From: Candidatus Moraniibacteriota bacterium
Lineage (GTDB): Bacteria; Patescibacteriota; Minisyncoccia; Moranbacterales; UBA1568
NCBI GenBank assembly: GCA_052035095.1
Contig: JBPOHW010000007.1
Span: forward strand, 1,705 to 65,704
Length of the DNA stretch: 64,000 nt
Direction: 5' to 3'
Below are positions 55,648 through 64,000 of this stretch, one piece after another; the first letter of the stretch is position 1, and each line of letters begins with the position of its first letter. A program made the translations under genes and the position numbers. The notes below the pieces were generated by a model, which worked only from the letters and a program-made list of their open reading frames with translations, ran no database searches and was not told the origin of the DNA.

Positions 55648-55974
55648 ATGAAATTCACCATCAAGGACATCACCGACAATCCCGTCAATCTCCTCCGGCG
55701 CGCCGGATATGCTTTTCAGTTCAAGAATGGCGAAGAATCGAGTTTCATTCGTCCCCTTGCCGCGGCAGGCTACCCGCGCTTCCATATGTACGTGAGGCTT
55801 CGCGGCGAAGACCTGGAAATAAGTTTTCATCTCGATCAAAAAAAGGAGACTTACGGCGACGATACCCGTCACCACGGCGAATACGAAGAATCCGGCGCCC
55901 TCAAACAAGAAGCCGACCGGATTAAGTCTTTTTTGACACCTGTCGACGAAAACTCAAGTTTCAGTCCCATATAA
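55648..55974 (+). CDS. Hypothetical protein
   Basis: ORF 55600.. trimmed to ATG at 55648 (MKFTIKDITDNPVNLLRRAGYAFQFKNGEESSFIRPLAAAGYPRFHMYV...). 108 aa. Confidence 0.45.
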   Translation: MKFTIKDITDNPVNLLRRAGYAFQFKNGEESSFIRPLAAAGYPRFHMYVRLRGEDLEISFHLDQKKETYGDDTRHHGEYEESGALKQEADRIKSFLTPVDENSSFSPI

Positions 55975-56050
55975 GAAACGTTGTGGGGTATCAAATCAAA
56001 CACTTCTCATTCATTGCTCCCTGCTCATTGTTCATTGAAAATTGACCTCT

Positions 56051-56133
56051 GCCGGGGTGGCGAAATGGCAGACGCACCGGCTTTAGGAGCCGGCGATGGC
56101 AACATCGTGGAGGTTCAAGTCCTCTCCCCGGCA
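56051..56133 (+). tRNA. tRNA-Leu (anticodon TAG), long variable arm, no encoded CCA
   Basis: gccggggtggcgaaatggcagacgcaccggctttaggagccggcgatggcaacatcgtggaggttcaagtcctctccccggca. Anticodon loop uuUAGga. Variable stem cgatg/catcg. T-arm GGAGGTTCAAGTCCTCT. A73. Confidence 0.85.
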
Positions 56134-56234
56134 CAAAAAAACCGTCTCTCGATCAAAAAAACGTTCCGTGATACATTTTGAGCAGTGAAATAGCAGTACT
56201 CTTACCAACTTCTTTCTTCTCCCGGAGATATCCC

Positions 56235-56756
56235 ATGAAACCGATACGCGTTTTCACCCGTCTCTTGTATCTCCTCTTCATATCCATTCTGCTTTCAATA
56301 AGTACCTTCCCTCACATAAGTGAGGCGAAGGACTGGAAACCGATACGGGAAGACCCGTCTCCGTATTTTTTTCTTGATCGACAAAGAAACGAATGGATTC
56401 TCATAGAAGGAGTGTGCGCCAAAGACCGGTCGTTTCAAAAGGGGATATCGATATATCGAAGCGTCGATGGGAAAAGCTTCTCTCCGCTCGTAATCGAGGG
56501 ATACCGCACCGAAGAAATCTCCATCAACGGCAACCTCGTGCGTCGAAATTGGATCCTCCTCAAAGATCCGAAAGATGAAATCAAATACGAGCTCTCCCAC
56601 TCAAAAATTGAGTGGGAAAAAGAGCCTCGACAGAATTATGAGGCACTCCTCCTTACGAGTGATTCCTTTGGCGATAATGGTCAGAAACCTCATGAATACA
56701 CGCGAACACACCTCTCAGGTGAAGAGATCCGGTCACTCACCATCCAAAAACAATGA
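56235..56756 (+). CDS. Secreted hypothetical protein (signal peptide)
   Basis: Trimmed to ATG at 56235 (GGAG at -8). MKPIRVFTRLLYLLFISILLSISTFPHISEA signal peptide. 173 aa. Followed by terminator 56785..56813. Confidence 0.55.
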   Translation: MKPIRVFTRLLYLLFISILLSISTFPHISEAKDWKPIREDPSPYFFLDRQRNEWILIEGVCAKDRSFQKGISIYRSVDGKSFSPLVIEGYRTEEISINGNLVRRNWILLKDPKDEIKYELSHSKIEWEKEPRQNYEALLLTSDSFGDNGQKPHEYTRTHLSGEEIRSLTIQKQ

Positions 56757-56784
56757 GGAGACCAATGTCTCCCCACCCTTCCCG

Positions 56785-56813
56785 CCGAATCATTCAACAG
56801 ATTCGGCTTTTTT
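56785..56813 (+). terminator. Rho-independent terminator (CCGAATC-attcaaca-GATTCGG + T6)
   Basis: ccgaatcattcaacagattcggcttttttg. Confidence 0.7.
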
Positions 56814-56989
56814 GTTTCTTTTCACTGTTTCAAGCGTCCAAAAAAGCCTTTTAAGAGAGGTGGTCAGTGAAAATTCTTTTGTCAAAAGTGAAAATTCCTT
56901 CCGCTCACCCTATTACCCATACTGTACAAAATGAGTACCGTACAAGAAACCCTCGTCTTCCTTCGTGACGAACTCGCACGACTGGAAGG

Positions 56990-58030
56990 CTAAAAATCCC
57001 AGCTTCCATTCAAACTGCTTGACTGGGTGTAGTTCACCACGGTCGTTTCGAAGAAGTTTCCTTTGTCATTGTTCACATTTTGGAGGCGATCGAGGTGCTT
57101 GTAGGGATTCGAGACCGCCTCGGGGTAGAGCGGCGCCATGCCAAGCATCGCGAGGCGGTTATTGGCGAGCCAGCGGGTGTATTCTTCCGTCTGCGCGCCG
57201 TTAATCCCCGGGATACGATCGCCCAGGATATGCTTTCCCCACGCGATTTCCTGCTCAACCGCCATTTCAAACATCTCACGAATGAGCTTCTCGTCGTAGA
57301 GTTTTGGAAATTCCTTGCGGATCTCTCGAAGAATATTGGCGAAGATCGTCACATGCGTGAGCTCATCGCGGCGAATATAGGCGATCATACGCCCCGTCGC
57401 GAGCATCTTCATATGATCGACGAGTGTATCGAAGAACGCGAAGCCATTGTAGAAATAGAGCGATTCCAAGAGGAAATTGGCGACCACCCCGCGAAAAAAG
57501 TTCGCGTCGGTCGGATCGTCGATGAAATCCTGATAAACTTGCCCGATCGCGGTATTCCTCGCGAGAAGTGTTTCGTCGGTACGCCAAAAATAGTATATCT
57601 CCTCGCGATCCCGACTCTCCACCACCGACTCGAGAATCGTCGCGTAGGACTGCGAGTGAATCGCCTCCTGATACGACTGAATGGAGAGAATGAGCTTCAC
57701 CTCGGGCGAGGTGATATAGTCTGCAAAGTGTGGGAGATTCACCGTCTGAATGGAGTCGAGAAAGGTGAGAAAGGAAATGATGCCCTTATACGCGCGCCGC
57801 TCCTCGCTCGAGAGGTCGGTTGAAAACATTCGCGCGTCATCCTTGAGCCCCGAAACCTTTTCCGGCACCCAGAAATTCCCCACCATCACCTGATAGAGCA
57901 CCTTCGCCCACGGATACTTCGTCGCGTTGAGATTGAACAATCCCGTCGTCTCCCCCTTGATAATCGTCCGCACCGACACCTCATCATTTCCCGCCGGGTT
58001 AAATATCGGCGACTTTTTCATTTCATTCAT
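56990..58030 (-). CDS. nrdB: Class I ribonucleotide reductase small (beta) subunit
   Basis: 346 aa ferritin-like di-iron protein. Typical R2 motifs (…ESLYFYNGFAFF…, EExH-type ligand spacing). Confidence 0.85.
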   Translation of the reverse strand: MNEMKKSPIFNPAGNDEVSVRTIIKGETTGLFNLNATKYPWAKVLYQVMVGNFWVPEKVSGLKDDARMFSTDLSSEERRAYKGIISFLTFLDSIQTVNLPHFADYITSPEVKLILSIQSYQEAIHSQSYATILESVVESRDREEIYYFWRTDETLLARNTAIGQVYQDFIDDPTDANFFRGVVANFLLESLYFYNGFAFFDTLVDHMKMLATGRMIAYIRRDELTHVTIFANILREIRKEFPKLYDEKLIREMFEMAVEQEIAWGKHILGDRIPGINGAQTEEYTRWLANNRLAMLGMAPLYPEAVSNPYKHLDRLQNVNNDKGNFFETTVVNYTQSSSLNGSWDF

Positions 58031-58034
58031 AAGT

Positions 58035-60647
58035 TTACCCAGAACAACTCACGCAATCGTCCTTCACTTCACCTGAAAGGCTCCGGACATAATAGACCGT
58101 TTTAATGCCGCTCTTCCATGATTTGAGATAGTAGCCGTAGAGATCCGCCGGCGAGACGCGCGCGGGATCAATCATCCACTCGAAACTAATGGACTGATCC
58201 ACCCATGGATAGATCGTGGCGATCATCTCGATCACGTCGTTCATATCAAGGTGAATATACTCCTTGTAGTACCAGAAATTTTCTTTGGAGAGCTTGGGCG
58301 CGACGCGAATCGTGGGCGCCGAGAGATTCGTCTCGACGAAATAGCGCTTGTAGATCGGGAGAAGCGCCGCCGTCGTGCCCACGACCCCCGCCGTCGACGT
58401 GTTCGGCGCGGGTGCCGTGTGATAGGCGAAACGCACGCCGTGCTTTTTCATATCGACAAAAAGCGTCTCCCACGCCTTCGGCTCATCGGTATGCTTCGCG
58501 AACCATTCTTTCTTTCGTCCCAAGAGGACGCCCTTTTCATACTCGCTTCCCTTGTAGAGCGCGTATGTTCCCCGCTCTTTGGCGAGATCGACCGACGCGC
58601 GATAGGTGGAGAAAGCGTACTGTTCGAAGAGCTTCTCGACCGCCACCCGAGCCTCTTGGCTATCATAGGAAAGCTTCCGCGTCGCGAGATACTCGGCAAG
58701 CCCCAAATAGCCAAGCCCCACGCTCCGATACCGCAAGGCCGTTCGCTCCGCCTCCTTGATGGGATAAAAATTGAGCGTGATCACATTATCAAGGACACGC
58801 ATTGCGATCGGAAATGTCTCGGTGATATCTTCTTTGGTATGTACTTTCGCCACATTGATCGATGCCAAGTTGCACACGACGAGGTCGCCCGGCTCATAGC
58901 GAATGACGATTTTCCCATCCTCGATCGCCTCACTCACGAACTTTGACGCCGAGGTATTCTGACAAATCTCGGTACAGAGCTGAGTCGAATAGATATTGCC
59001 CGCGTGTTTATTGGGATTCAATTGATTCACCGTATCGCGGAAAAACACATAGGGCATCCCCGTTTCGACGACCGCCTTCAAAAATTGCTTGAAGAGTTCC
59101 TTCGCCTTTACGGTTTTCTTCATCGTGAGCCGATCGTCGCCCTCAAGTCTTTCATACAGCGCGTCAAACTCCGTCCCGAAATGATCCTGAAGCGCCGTCT
59201 GGTGAAGCGTTTCCACCTCGTGCGGGTCAAACAGCGTCCAGTCGCCGTCTGCTTCGAGCCGCCGCATAAAGAGATCGGGCACCGAGACGGCCGGGAAAAC
59301 ATCAAACGCCTTCGATCGAATATCGCCCGTCTCGGTCTGCAAATCGAGAAAATCATGAATATCGAGGTGCCAGATATCGAGCGTCACGGAGATGGCGCCG
59401 AGTCGCGCGCCGAGCTGATTGACCGCGACCGCCGTATCATTGATAACCTTGGTCCAGGGATTCACACCCCCCGACATACCGCCGATCCCGCGAATCGCGC
59501 TCCCGCGCGAGCGAATATTTCCGAGATAGACCCCTACGCCGCCGCCAAACTTGGAAATCTGCGCCATATTCTCGACCGCATGGTAAATTCCGCGGAGATC
59601 ATCATCCACGTTGATCTTGAAGCAACTCGACAACTGATGATAATTCGTCCGCGCGTTGATAAGGGTCGGCGTCGGAAGCGAAATCTTCTGCGTCGAGCAC
59701 GCGTCATATATCTTCTTGGCAAAGGCGAGACGATCCTCCTTTTTCTCGGGAATCGCGAGGAAGAGCGCGATCGCAAGATACATTTCCTGCGGCAATTCCC
59801 ACACTACTTTGTTTGGATTCAAAAGGTACCGCTTCGCGAGCGAGAGAATCGTCGTATATTCATACTCCTCATCCCGCGCGCGCACGAGAAACTTCCCCGC
59901 TTCGAGAATCTCCTTTTTCGTATAAAACTTGTAAAAATCCTTGTAATAAAAGCCTCGCTCCACATAGTGAGCCATGAGCGCCGCAAAACTTTCGGGCGAA
60001 TAGAGCTCCGCCATCGATATTTTTCGATTCTTGGTCGCCTGCTTGTACAAGCTCCCCAAGAGAAACCGCGCCGCCACATGTTGCCAGGCGATATTCTCGA
60101 CACTCACCAAATCAATACAGGCTTTGATGAGAAGTTTATTGATATCGGACGTCTTGATATCCTCGACCAGATTCTTCTTGAACGCCTCCATCAAATCCTC
60201 AAATCGGCACTCCGATTCAAAACCGACCGCGCACTTATCAAAAATTTTCCGGAGTTTCCCGGCATCAAAGCGCTCCTTGTCGCCATGCGCCTTGGTTACC
60301 ATGAGCGAATGTTTCTCGAACTGCTGCGCCAATTTCTCGTGCTTTTCCTCGCGTTCTTCTCGGCGCTTTTCACGATAGAGAATATACGCCTTGGCCATTT
60401 CGAAGCGATTCGACCGCACCAAGTTGCGCTCCACAATATCCTGCACATCCTCAACCGAGGGCACGCGATGCACGAGAAGCTCGGTAAACACATGCTCCAT
60501 ATCGCGGATCACATTGTCGGTAAACGTCGGGATGAAGCTCTTATCCACCTCCCCGACCGCGTCCGCCGCAAGAAGCACCGCACTTTCAATTCGACTTCGA
60601 TCAAAGTCTTCGAGATCCCCGTTTCGTTTGGCTATTTTTTGTATCAT
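58035..60647 (-). CDS. nrdA: Class I ribonucleotide reductase large (alpha) subunit with N-terminal ATP-cone
   Basis: Trimmed from TTG (60668) to ATG 60647 (MIQKIAKRNGDLEDFD = ATP-cone). Catalytic region with conserved Cys/Asn/Glu context (…SSCFKINVDD…, …NLASINVAK…). C-terminal CxxC-type tail DDCVSCSG. Confidence 0.85.
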   Translation of the reverse strand: MIQKIAKRNGDLEDFDRSRIESAVLLAADAVGEVDKSFIPTFTDNVIRDMEHVFTELLVHRVPSVEDVQDIVERNLVRSNRFEMAKAYILYREKRREEREEKHEKLAQQFEKHSLMVTKAHGDKERFDAGKLRKIFDKCAVGFESECRFEDLMEAFKKNLVEDIKTSDINKLLIKACIDLVSVENIAWQHVAARFLLGSLYKQATKNRKISMAELYSPESFAALMAHYVERGFYYKDFYKFYTKKEILEAGKFLVRARDEEYEYTTILSLAKRYLLNPNKVVWELPQEMYLAIALFLAIPEKKEDRLAFAKKIYDACSTQKISLPTPTLINARTNYHQLSSCFKINVDDDLRGIYHAVENMAQISKFGGGVGVYLGNIRSRGSAIRGIGGMSGGVNPWTKVINDTAVAVNQLGARLGAISVTLDIWHLDIHDFLDLQTETGDIRSKAFDVFPAVSVPDLFMRRLEADGDWTLFDPHEVETLHQTALQDHFGTEFDALYERLEGDDRLTMKKTVKAKELFKQFLKAVVETGMPYVFFRDTVNQLNPNKHAGNIYSTQLCTEICQNTSASKFVSEAIEDGKIVIRYEPGDLVVCNLASINVAKVHTKEDITETFPIAMRVLDNVITLNFYPIKEAERTALRYRSVGLGYLGLAEYLATRKLSYDSQEARVAVEKLFEQYAFSTYRASVDLAKERGTYALYKGSEYEKGVLLGRKKEWFAKHTDEPKAWETLFVDMKKHGVRFAYHTAPAPNTSTAGVVGTTAALLPIYKRYFVETNLSAPTIRVAPKLSKENFWYYKEYIHLDMNDVIEMIATIYPWVDQSISFEWMIDPARVSPADLYGYYLKSWKSGIKTVYYVRSLSGEVKDDCVSCSG

Positions 60648-60721
60648 ACTGTTTCTTTTTGAGGTCAAAAAAACTCACCGCCCCCATGCGGAACTACAAT
60701 AAAGAAAAGCTATAGCAGAAA

Positions 60722-60906
60722 GAAATTCGCGTATTCGGCTAACCTGCCTGCCGGCAAGGCAGGGAGAAAGAAATTAACGAAGGGGCGAGCAAACGTACAA
60801 AAACCACAAACGAAAGCTTCTTTGGGAGGTTATTTCTATCCATAACATACAAACTCACCTACCAAGCCCCGGAGCATTTCTTGAACGTGCCGAATACGCG
60901 AATTTC
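60722..60906. repeat. Repeat family 1, copy 4: conserved core closed by an 18-bp perfect inverted repeat; carries GC-rich palindrome 60743..60763
   Basis: Flanks gaaattcgcgtattcggc / gccgaatacgcgaatttc. Internal cctgcctgccggcaaggcagg. Lies 75 nt upstream (minus-strand sense) of nrdA and just downstream of sodA. Confidence 0.85.
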
Positions 60907-60921
60907 GGACGCCACAGGACA

Positions 60922-61548
60922 TTATGCCTTTTTTTCAACAACACTCCAATCAATCGCCTTGAAAAAGGCTTCAATATAGTCCGCGCGCTTCAATCCGTAG
61001 TCGAGCATAAAGGCATGCTCAAACACATCCATCACGAGAATTGGCATCGCTCCGGAAAGATGTCCGCCATCATGCTCATTGATCCACGTATTGAAAAGCA
61101 TTCCCGTCTGCGGATCTTTGGCAAGAATCACCCACCCGATCCCTCGCATCGTCCCCGTCCCAACAAAATCCTTCCTCCACTTCTCAAAACTCCCGAAAGA
61201 ATTTTCAAGAACCTCCAACATCCGACTCCCAACTCCCGACCCCGCTTTTTCCCCTTTCTCTCCACCTAATTCTTCATTTTTCATTTTTAATTTTTCATTT
61301 CCCTTCATATTCCCAAAGTACAGCTCATGCAACCGCATTCCATTCCATTCCCACCCAAATCGCCGCTTGAGCTCCGCGTATTCCGGCGTCCCCGGCTCTT
61401 TCGTCGCGAGAAGCTCGAGAAGTGTATTCACATTTTTCACATATCCTTCATAGAGCGCAAAATGATTTGTGAGAAGCACATCGCTCATTCCCGGCATTCC
61501 CAAAAGATGCTTAAAATCTTGTATTTCATATTTCATACCGGTTGACAT
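60922..61548 (-). CDS. sodA: Fe/Mn superoxide dismutase with internal low-complexity insert
   Basis: N-terminal HFALYEGYVKNVN (SOD helical domain). C-terminal DVFEHAFMLDYGLKRADYIEAFFKAIDW (D-x-W-E-H signature). Insert KGNEKLKMKNEELGGEKGEKAGSG. Confidence 0.8.
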   Translation of the reverse strand: MSTGMKYEIQDFKHLLGMPGMSDVLLTNHFALYEGYVKNVNTLLELLATKEPGTPEYAELKRRFGWEWNGMRLHELYFGNMKGNEKLKMKNEELGGEKGEKAGSGVGSRMLEVLENSFGSFEKWRKDFVGTGTMRGIGWVILAKDPQTGMLFNTWINEHDGGHLSGAMPILVMDVFEHAFMLDYGLKRADYIEAFFKAIDWSVVEKKA

Positions 61549-61628
61549 AATTTTTATTTACCCTATTATTCGTACTTGCAGTTCCTAAAGAGAGAAAGTA
61601 GCTTGATACAGAGCGAGAGAGGTGATCC

Positions 61629-61982
61629 ATGATCCGAATGACGGCTAGTGAACGAGCTCGGTTAATTAGGGAAAAGACGGCAAGGAGTAAGAAAGCTCTC
61701 TATGCCATGGTTGATACTGTGACTGGCGCTGGTGTGGTCGAATTTAGCAATCCCACCACCGACTGGCGAATTGTTAGGGTAGTAAGCGTTTCCATAGAAG
61801 ATGGTATGAATGCAGTTCCTTGTTACGAAGTGATTCCAGCCGGTCCTTGCGGGAGAAACCCGAAGCGGCGATTCATTCCAATATCAGCAACAGCTTTATT
61901 GGCTTTTCATGCCACAACAGAAGAAACTACACCGCGATGTTTTATTGACACCCTAGACAAGCGAGAAAAAGTCCTAAAATAA
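61629..61982 (+). CDS. Hypothetical protein
   Basis: ATG at 61629 preceded by AGAGGTGA. 117 aa. Confidence 0.45.
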   Translation: MIRMTASERARLIREKTARSKKALYAMVDTVTGAGVVEFSNPTTDWRIVRVVSVSIEDGMNAVPCYEVIPAGPCGRNPKRRFIPISATALLAFHATTEETTPRCFIDTLDKREKVLK

Positions 61983-62044
61983 TACCCGACCTCAGTGCAA
62001 ATGCCTCATGAACTTATGGGGCATTTTTTACAAATCACCGATAC

Positions 62045-62710
62045 CTATATTTTCCCTACTAAATCGAGTCCCGGCGTCAAAGTCTTCGCGCCCGGCTTCC
62101 AATTGGCGGGACACACTTCGCCGCCGTGCTCGCGAACAAACTGCGCCGCCTGAAGTTTGCGAAGAAGCTCCGTCGCGCTCCGACCGATATTGTTCGAGTT
62201 CACCTCGTATGCCTGCAACACCCCGTCCGGATCAATAATGAACGTGCCGCGCCGCGCGTTCCCTTCTTCCTCAATGTAGACCCCAAACTCTTGCGAGAGT
62301 TCCGCCGTCCGGTCGGCAACGAGCGGATATTTCACTTTTTCAATCGCCTTCGAGTGATCGTGCCACGCTTTGTGCGTATACACCGTATCCGTGCTCACGC
62401 CGAGAATCTCGGTATTGAGCTTCTGAAATTCCGCGTAGTGATCCGCCAAATCCTCAAGCTCCGTCGGACACACAAACGTGAAATCCGCCGGATAAAAGAA
62501 CAATACCGCCCACTTTCCTCGAAAGTCCGAGAGGCGACTTTCCACAATCTTCTCTTTGTGATACATTTGGAGCTTGAAATCAGGAACCTTTTCACCGATT
62601 TCAACCCCATACCCTTCACCGAACTCGCACTCACCGTCACATTCGCCCTCACACCCTCCGCCACAGCACCCGCCTTTCTCTTCTTCGCACTCGCCGTATT
62701 CTTTATTCAT
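62045..62710 (-). CDS. Typical 2-Cys peroxiredoxin (AhpC/Tsa family) with unusual Cys/Glu/Gly-rich N-terminal extension
   Basis: FTFVCPTE peroxidatic Cys motif and C-terminal resolving Cys (EVCPANW). N-terminal 30 aa ECEEEKGGCCGGGCEGECDGECEFGEGYG. Confidence 0.8.
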   Translation of the reverse strand: MNKEYGECEEEKGGCCGGGCEGECDGECEFGEGYGVEIGEKVPDFKLQMYHKEKIVESRLSDFRGKWAVLFFYPADFTFVCPTELEDLADHYAEFQKLNTEILGVSTDTVYTHKAWHDHSKAIEKVKYPLVADRTAELSQEFGVYIEEEGNARRGTFIIDPDGVLQAYEVNSNNIGRSATELLRKLQAAQFVREHGGEVCPANWKPGAKTLTPGLDLVGKI

Positions 62711-62738
62711 AGAGTTGTTAAAAAGTTTATCTTACAAA

Positions 62739-62934
62739 TTTATCTTACGCGAAATAATTTACTCTTCTGTCATCCCGACCGGAGCGACCTAAGGAGCGAA
62801 GTGGAGGGATCTGCGTCTTAACAGAAAGGCAGTGCTTCCAGAAAGATTGAGATTCCTCGGCTTCGCTCGGAATGACAGAGTTCTTTTGTTTTGTGGCTTA
62901 AAAAAAAGACTTCTATTATTTCGCGTAAGATAAA
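62739..62934. repeat. Long imperfect palindromic element in the prx/rluD divergent intergenic region; 20-bp perfect outer IR plus ~23-bp imperfect inner IR
   Basis: Outer tttatcttacgcgaaataat (62739..62758) / attatttcgcgtaagataaa (62915..62934). Inner tctgtcatcccgaccggagcgac / tcggcttcgctcggaatgacaga. Adjacent direct repeat tttatcttac x2 (62726, 62739). Confidence 0.75.
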
Positions 62935-63012
62935 TCAAAAATACAAAAGCCGTTTGTATATGATACGTGCCGCATTTCGCGCTGTCAACTTTCCGCTTCC
63001 TTTGCCAAAATA

Positions 63013-64000
63013 TATGACTTTTGCACCAAAAAATTCACACCAACTCCTTATTGCTTCCGAACACACCGGGGAGCGACTTGATGTTTTTTTGGCTCATTCA
63101 AAGGAATTTGAGACAATTTTGAAGAGACCTTTGAGCCGCTCGCAGATAACCCTCGGCATAAAAAACGGCGGCGTCTCGATATCGAATCCCTCGAAAAAAG
63201 CGCTTTCCAAGCCGAGTCTCATACTTTCGGAAGGCGCCGTGCTCGAAATATTCCCCGAGAAATTCGAAATGGGACACAAGAAACTTCTCCCGGAGCCACA
63301 CATCCCTCTCCCCGTCATCGAAGAAAACGAGCACTTCCTCATCATCAACAAACCCGCCGGCATCCAAGTTCACCCATCGACGTCGCAAGAAAGCGGCACC
63401 GTCGCGAATTGGATCATCGCGCGCTATCCGGAAATTCACAATGTCGGTGATGCCACTCGTCCCGGTATCGTTCATCGCCTCGATCGCGATACGAGCGGTC
63501 TCCTCATTATCGCGCGAACCAAGCGGTCATTTACAGCGCTGAAAAAACTCTTCAAAGATCGAAACATAAAGAAGCGATACCTCGCGCTCGTTTTTGGCAT
63601 TCCCAAAGAGAAAGAAGGCACCGTCACGACTCCGATCGCCCGCTCCACCCGCAGCGATCGCCAAACGGTCGCGCCACAAGGAAAGCGCGTCAAAGGCGTT
63701 ATTCGTCCCGCCGAAACGCACTATCGCATCATTGAAACCTTCGAAAATTCCGCCCTCATCGAGGTCGAACCCGCAACCGGTCGCACCCACCAAATCCGCG
63801 TCCATATGGCCTCAATCGGCCATCCCATCTTCGGCGACCGGCTCTACGCCTCCAAAGCTTCCCGAGAGCTTTCCGCCAATCTCCCGCGCCACCTCCTCCA
63901 CGCCACGTCCCTCGACTTTACCCTCTTCGGGAAAGAGTACTCCTTCAAATCACCCCTCCCAAACGACTTTGAGAAATTCGCGACACTTTACAAATCAGCA
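63013..64000 (+). CDS. RluA-family 23S rRNA pseudouridine synthase with N-terminal S4 domain (RluD/RluC-like), 3'-truncated by window edge
   Basis: Manual translation from ATG 63013: MTFAPKNSHQLLIASEHTGERLDVFLAH...; catalytic HRLDRDTSGLLIIART motif; GRTHQIRVHMASIGHPIFGD. Open to base 64000. Absent from the ORF track (no stop in window). Supersedes the antisense ORFs 63098..63475 and 63527..63805. Confidence 0.85.

Noticed and set aside
56931-56993. 20-codon ORF MSTVQETLVFLRDELARLEG near the nrdB 3' end
   Set aside because: Too short, no SD, no supporting context.
63098-63475. Minus-strand ORFs 63098..63475 and 63527..63805
   Set aside because: The plus strand encodes a clear RluA-family pseudouridine synthase (HRLDRDTSG motif) from 63013 to the window edge.
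1-64000. CRISPR arrays and rRNA genes
   Set aside because: No regularly spaced direct repeats with unique spacers and no rRNA-like conserved stretches were seen. The tandem repeats found are short microsatellites or heptamer iterons.

Overview
This 64-kb window combines core housekeeping genes with three accessory blocks and at least three interspersed repeat/hairpin families that the ORF track does not show.

The gene content and style suggest a reduced, possibly CPR/Patescibacteria-like bacterium; this is inference, not established. Supporting signs are arrays of small TrbC/VirB2-like pilin paralogs, five tRNAs that all lack an encoded 3' CCA next to a CCA-adding enzyme gene, and many low-complexity insertions in conserved proteins.

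Housekeeping genes I can call from sequence: dnaG, thrS, an ABC-F ATPase, a class A PBP, hup, rny, gpmI, clpP, tig, ppa, nusA, infB, cca, nrdAB, an Fe/Mn superoxide dismutase, a peroxiredoxin and an edge-truncated RluA-family pseudouridine synthase. Five tRNAs were found by eye: Gly-TCC, Pro-TGG, Ser-GGA, Pro-CGG and Leu-TAG. The ORF track lists none of them.

Accessory block (i), 1–5.9 kb: a cluster of Thr/Gly-rich secreted proteins plus membrane-anchored partners, with an architecture reminiscent of WxL-type surface loci.

Accessory block (ii), 17.0–21.5 kb: an operon encoding an isochorismatase-like hydrolase, a vWA (TerY-like) protein, a PP2C phosphatase and a divergent Ser/Thr kinase. This matches the 'TerY-P triad' architecture.

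Accessory block (iii), 40.8–48.5 kb: a tandem array of seven pilin-like paralogs. Three carry Cys-rich ectodomains, and one is fused to an Rpf/transglycosylase-like domain. The array is interrupted by a reversed-order AbiEii/AbiEi module and by a four-helix-bundle gene cassette bounded by 18-bp perfect inverted repeats.

The most unusual non-coding signal is a ~125-nt conserved core present in four intergenic copies, all in the same orientation. Each copy is closed by a different, copy-specific perfect 18–23-bp inverted repeat. That is compensatory variation typical of a structured RNA, or of an element that repeatedly inserts into palindromes.

Also present are a second two-copy family (a 20-bp-stem hairpin with a conserved loop), a third three-copy motif family containing a CTGT-N10-ACAG dyad, several long IR-bounded hairpin clusters, and a 15-bp duplication of the tRNA-Pro 3' end. 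No CRISPR array and no rRNA were seen.
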